A DNA stretch of 64,000 nucleotides from Escherichia phage vB_EcoM_ESCO32, in the sequence record OM386658.1. One strand, given 5' to 3'. This document shows, piece after piece, positions 62,467 through 64,000 of the stretch (position 1 is its first letter; each line of letters starts with the position of its first letter). The notes below the pieces were generated by a model. The model had not been told where the DNA came from. It saw only the letters and a list, made by a program, of their open reading frames with translations, and did no database searches. The translations under genes were made by a program, and so were the position numbers.

Positions 62467-63627
62467 ATGTTTACAGTATTCGGCAATCAAATCTTCCTGC
62501 GTCAGAAATCTGGTACAGATATTGAAGAAATTCCAGCAGGAACTTTTGGTGTAGGTGTTACTCAAAGTGGTGAGTTCTTCCTGTATCCTAAAAACGATAT
62601 GGAAGTGCCTTCAGTAACATACGGTGATACTGATGATAAATCAGAACGTATTATCAAAACGTTCCTTAGCCGCAAAGGTAAAAACACAGGTGTTCTCCTT
62701 GAGGGTACGAAAGGTAGCGGTAAAACTTTGCAAGCTAAAATGCTGTCTTCTGCTCTTCGTGAAATGGGTATTCCTACTATTTCTATCGGCAGTGCTTTTA
62801 ATGGCGAAGGTTTTATCAATTTTATGTCTAAAATCACACAACCTGTGATGATTATGATCGATGAATTTGATAAACTGTATGCTGAAAAAGATGCACAAGA
62901 TGGTTTGCTTACCCTGTTGGATGGTGTTGGTGGCTACGACAAACTGTTTGTATTGACTAAAAATGATGGTTATGTATCAGAATTTTTGCGTAATCGTCCT
63001 AGCCGTATTTTCTACAGTTTTAGCTATAAGAAACTACCTAAAGCTACTATGGATGATTATCTGGCTAAAAATCTGGAGAACAAAGCCTTCTTACCAGATT
63101 TTGAAACGCTTTATAATCTCTCCGTGGATTTGAACTTTGATATTGTTCAGTCATTAGTAGAAGAACTTAACCGTTACCCTAATGACAAATTCTCTGATGC
63201 ACTTGCATTGATGGGTATCAGTATTACTGAACACCGCTATGCTGCAAAAGAGGTTAAACTTCTGAAAGTTAACGGTGTAGATCGTACAGGAGATGTTTCG
63301 TCAGATACCGATATTGACGGTATGACAGCACAAGGTTTGTTTAGCGGTAATCGTTATGTTGTAGCTGTAGACCATAAACTAGGTGAAGAGCATCTTCCTG
63401 AAATGGAAGGGATTGTTACCGTAGAAGATAAAGATGAAGAAGGTGACTACTACTGGGGTGTAGACCGTATCTTGCTAACGTATGATGAAAAACACATTCG
63501 TACAATGGGTGGTGACGGTTATCACTTTATGTTCACCGATGATAAAGGTAACAACATTGAAGTTGTTATTAAAAACAAAGAACGTAAAAACTACACAGAG
63601 TATGTGTTTGGTGGTCGTTCTTACTAA
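62467..63627 (+). CDS. P-loop (AAA-like) ATPase, paralogue of 46578..47705
   Basis: 386 aa; Walker A GTKGSGKT, Walker B IMIDEFD; AGGAG SD. Confidence 0.7.
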   Translation: MFTVFGNQIFLRQKSGTDIEEIPAGTFGVGVTQSGEFFLYPKNDMEVPSVTYGDTDDKSERIIKTFLSRKGKNTGVLLEGTKGSGKTLQAKMLSSALREMGIPTISIGSAFNGEGFINFMSKITQPVMIMIDEFDKLYAEKDAQDGLLTLLDGVGGYDKLFVLTKNDGYVSEFLRNRPSRIFYSFSYKKLPKATMDDYLAKNLENKAFLPDFETLYNLSVDLNFDIVQSLVEELNRYPNDKFSDALALMGISITEHRYAAKEVKLLKVNGVDRTGDVSSDTDIDGMTAQGLFSGNRYVVAVDHKLGEEHLPEMEGIVTVEDKDEEGDYYWGVDRILLTYDEKHIRTMGGDGYHFMFTDDKGNNIEVVIKNKERKNYTEYVFGGRSY

Positions 63628-63633
63628 GTGATA

Positions 63634-63660
63634 AAAGGAGGCGAAAGCCTCCTTTATTTA
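63634..63660 (+). terminator. rho-independent terminator
   Basis: GGAGGC-GAAA-GCCTCC hairpin plus TTTATTT. Confidence 0.6.
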
Positions 63661-63673
63661 TATGGAGGGTATT

Positions 63674-63865
63674 ATGGATCATTATTTTGTTTTTAAAGAT
63701 AAAGTTGATACCGCAGGTGGTCACGTTGCTAAAAATGATCGTGACATTAAAGAAGTATTAGGAGATCTGATTAACATTTTAGAACAAAAAGAGTTGCTTT
63801 TAGATAAGGATATTGCTAGACTTCTGGGTGTGGGGATAAGTGACATACAAAGATTACCATTCTAA
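63674..63865 (+). CDS. hypothetical protein
   Basis: Track ORF 63662..63865 trimmed to ATG after GGAGGG. Confidence 0.5.
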   Translation: MDHYFVFKDKVDTAGGHVAKNDRDIKEVLGDLINILEQKELLLDKDIARLLGVGISDIQRLPF

Positions 63866-63876
63866 AGGGGAAGAAA

Positions 63877-64000
63877 ATGCTTACAGATGATGAATATAAA
63901 GCTATCCAGGAAAAACTAACGGAGCTTGAAATTCTTGCTGTCAATATTAAAGATCAATCACATGCTGGAAAGTTACTACAGCAAGAGATCAATAAAATTA
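63877..64000 (+). CDS. hypothetical protein, N-terminal part (3' end outside window)
   Basis: ATG after AAGGGGAAGAAA; open to end of window. Confidence 0.4.
   Translation, partial: MLTDDEYKAIQEKLTELEILAVNIKDQSHAGKLLQQEINKI

Overview
This 64-kb window reads as a segment of a T4-like (T-even type) lytic phage genome. Recognisable genes on the plus strand are the 3' end of nrdA, nrdB, a complete dTDP-L-rhamnose operon (rmlB-rmlA-rmlC-rmlD), glutaredoxin-like nrdC, a T4-lysozyme (e) homologue, phoH, an HslV-like peptidase, an N6-adenine-type and a C5-cytosine DNA methyltransferase, a small serine recombinase, a lambda-type protein phosphatase, a DprA/SLOG-like protein, a Sir2-like protein, a UvrD-like helicase interrupted by an intein, and nrdD-nrdG. 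The middle of the window (about 18.9-49.7 kb) is a minus-strand block of roughly 90 small genes of unknown function. Inside that block, 33.5-43.3 kb is organised as repeated promoter + stem-loop + SD + small-ORF cassettes resembling the PeSL elements of T4-type hyperplastic regions. Two ORF-free islands (31.1-32.9 kb and 43.96-44.77 kb) share a family of Fur-box-like palindromes, and the second also carries a consensus sigma70 promoter with no ORF behind it and three tandem direct repeats. These islands are the strongest candidates for something undescribed (origin, operator hub or non-coding RNA locus). All calls come from reading the sequence and the ORF track by eye; no database search or folding was run. 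Coordinates of features not in the ORF track (small ORFs, hairpins, promoters) are hand-counted and may be off by 1-2 nt.
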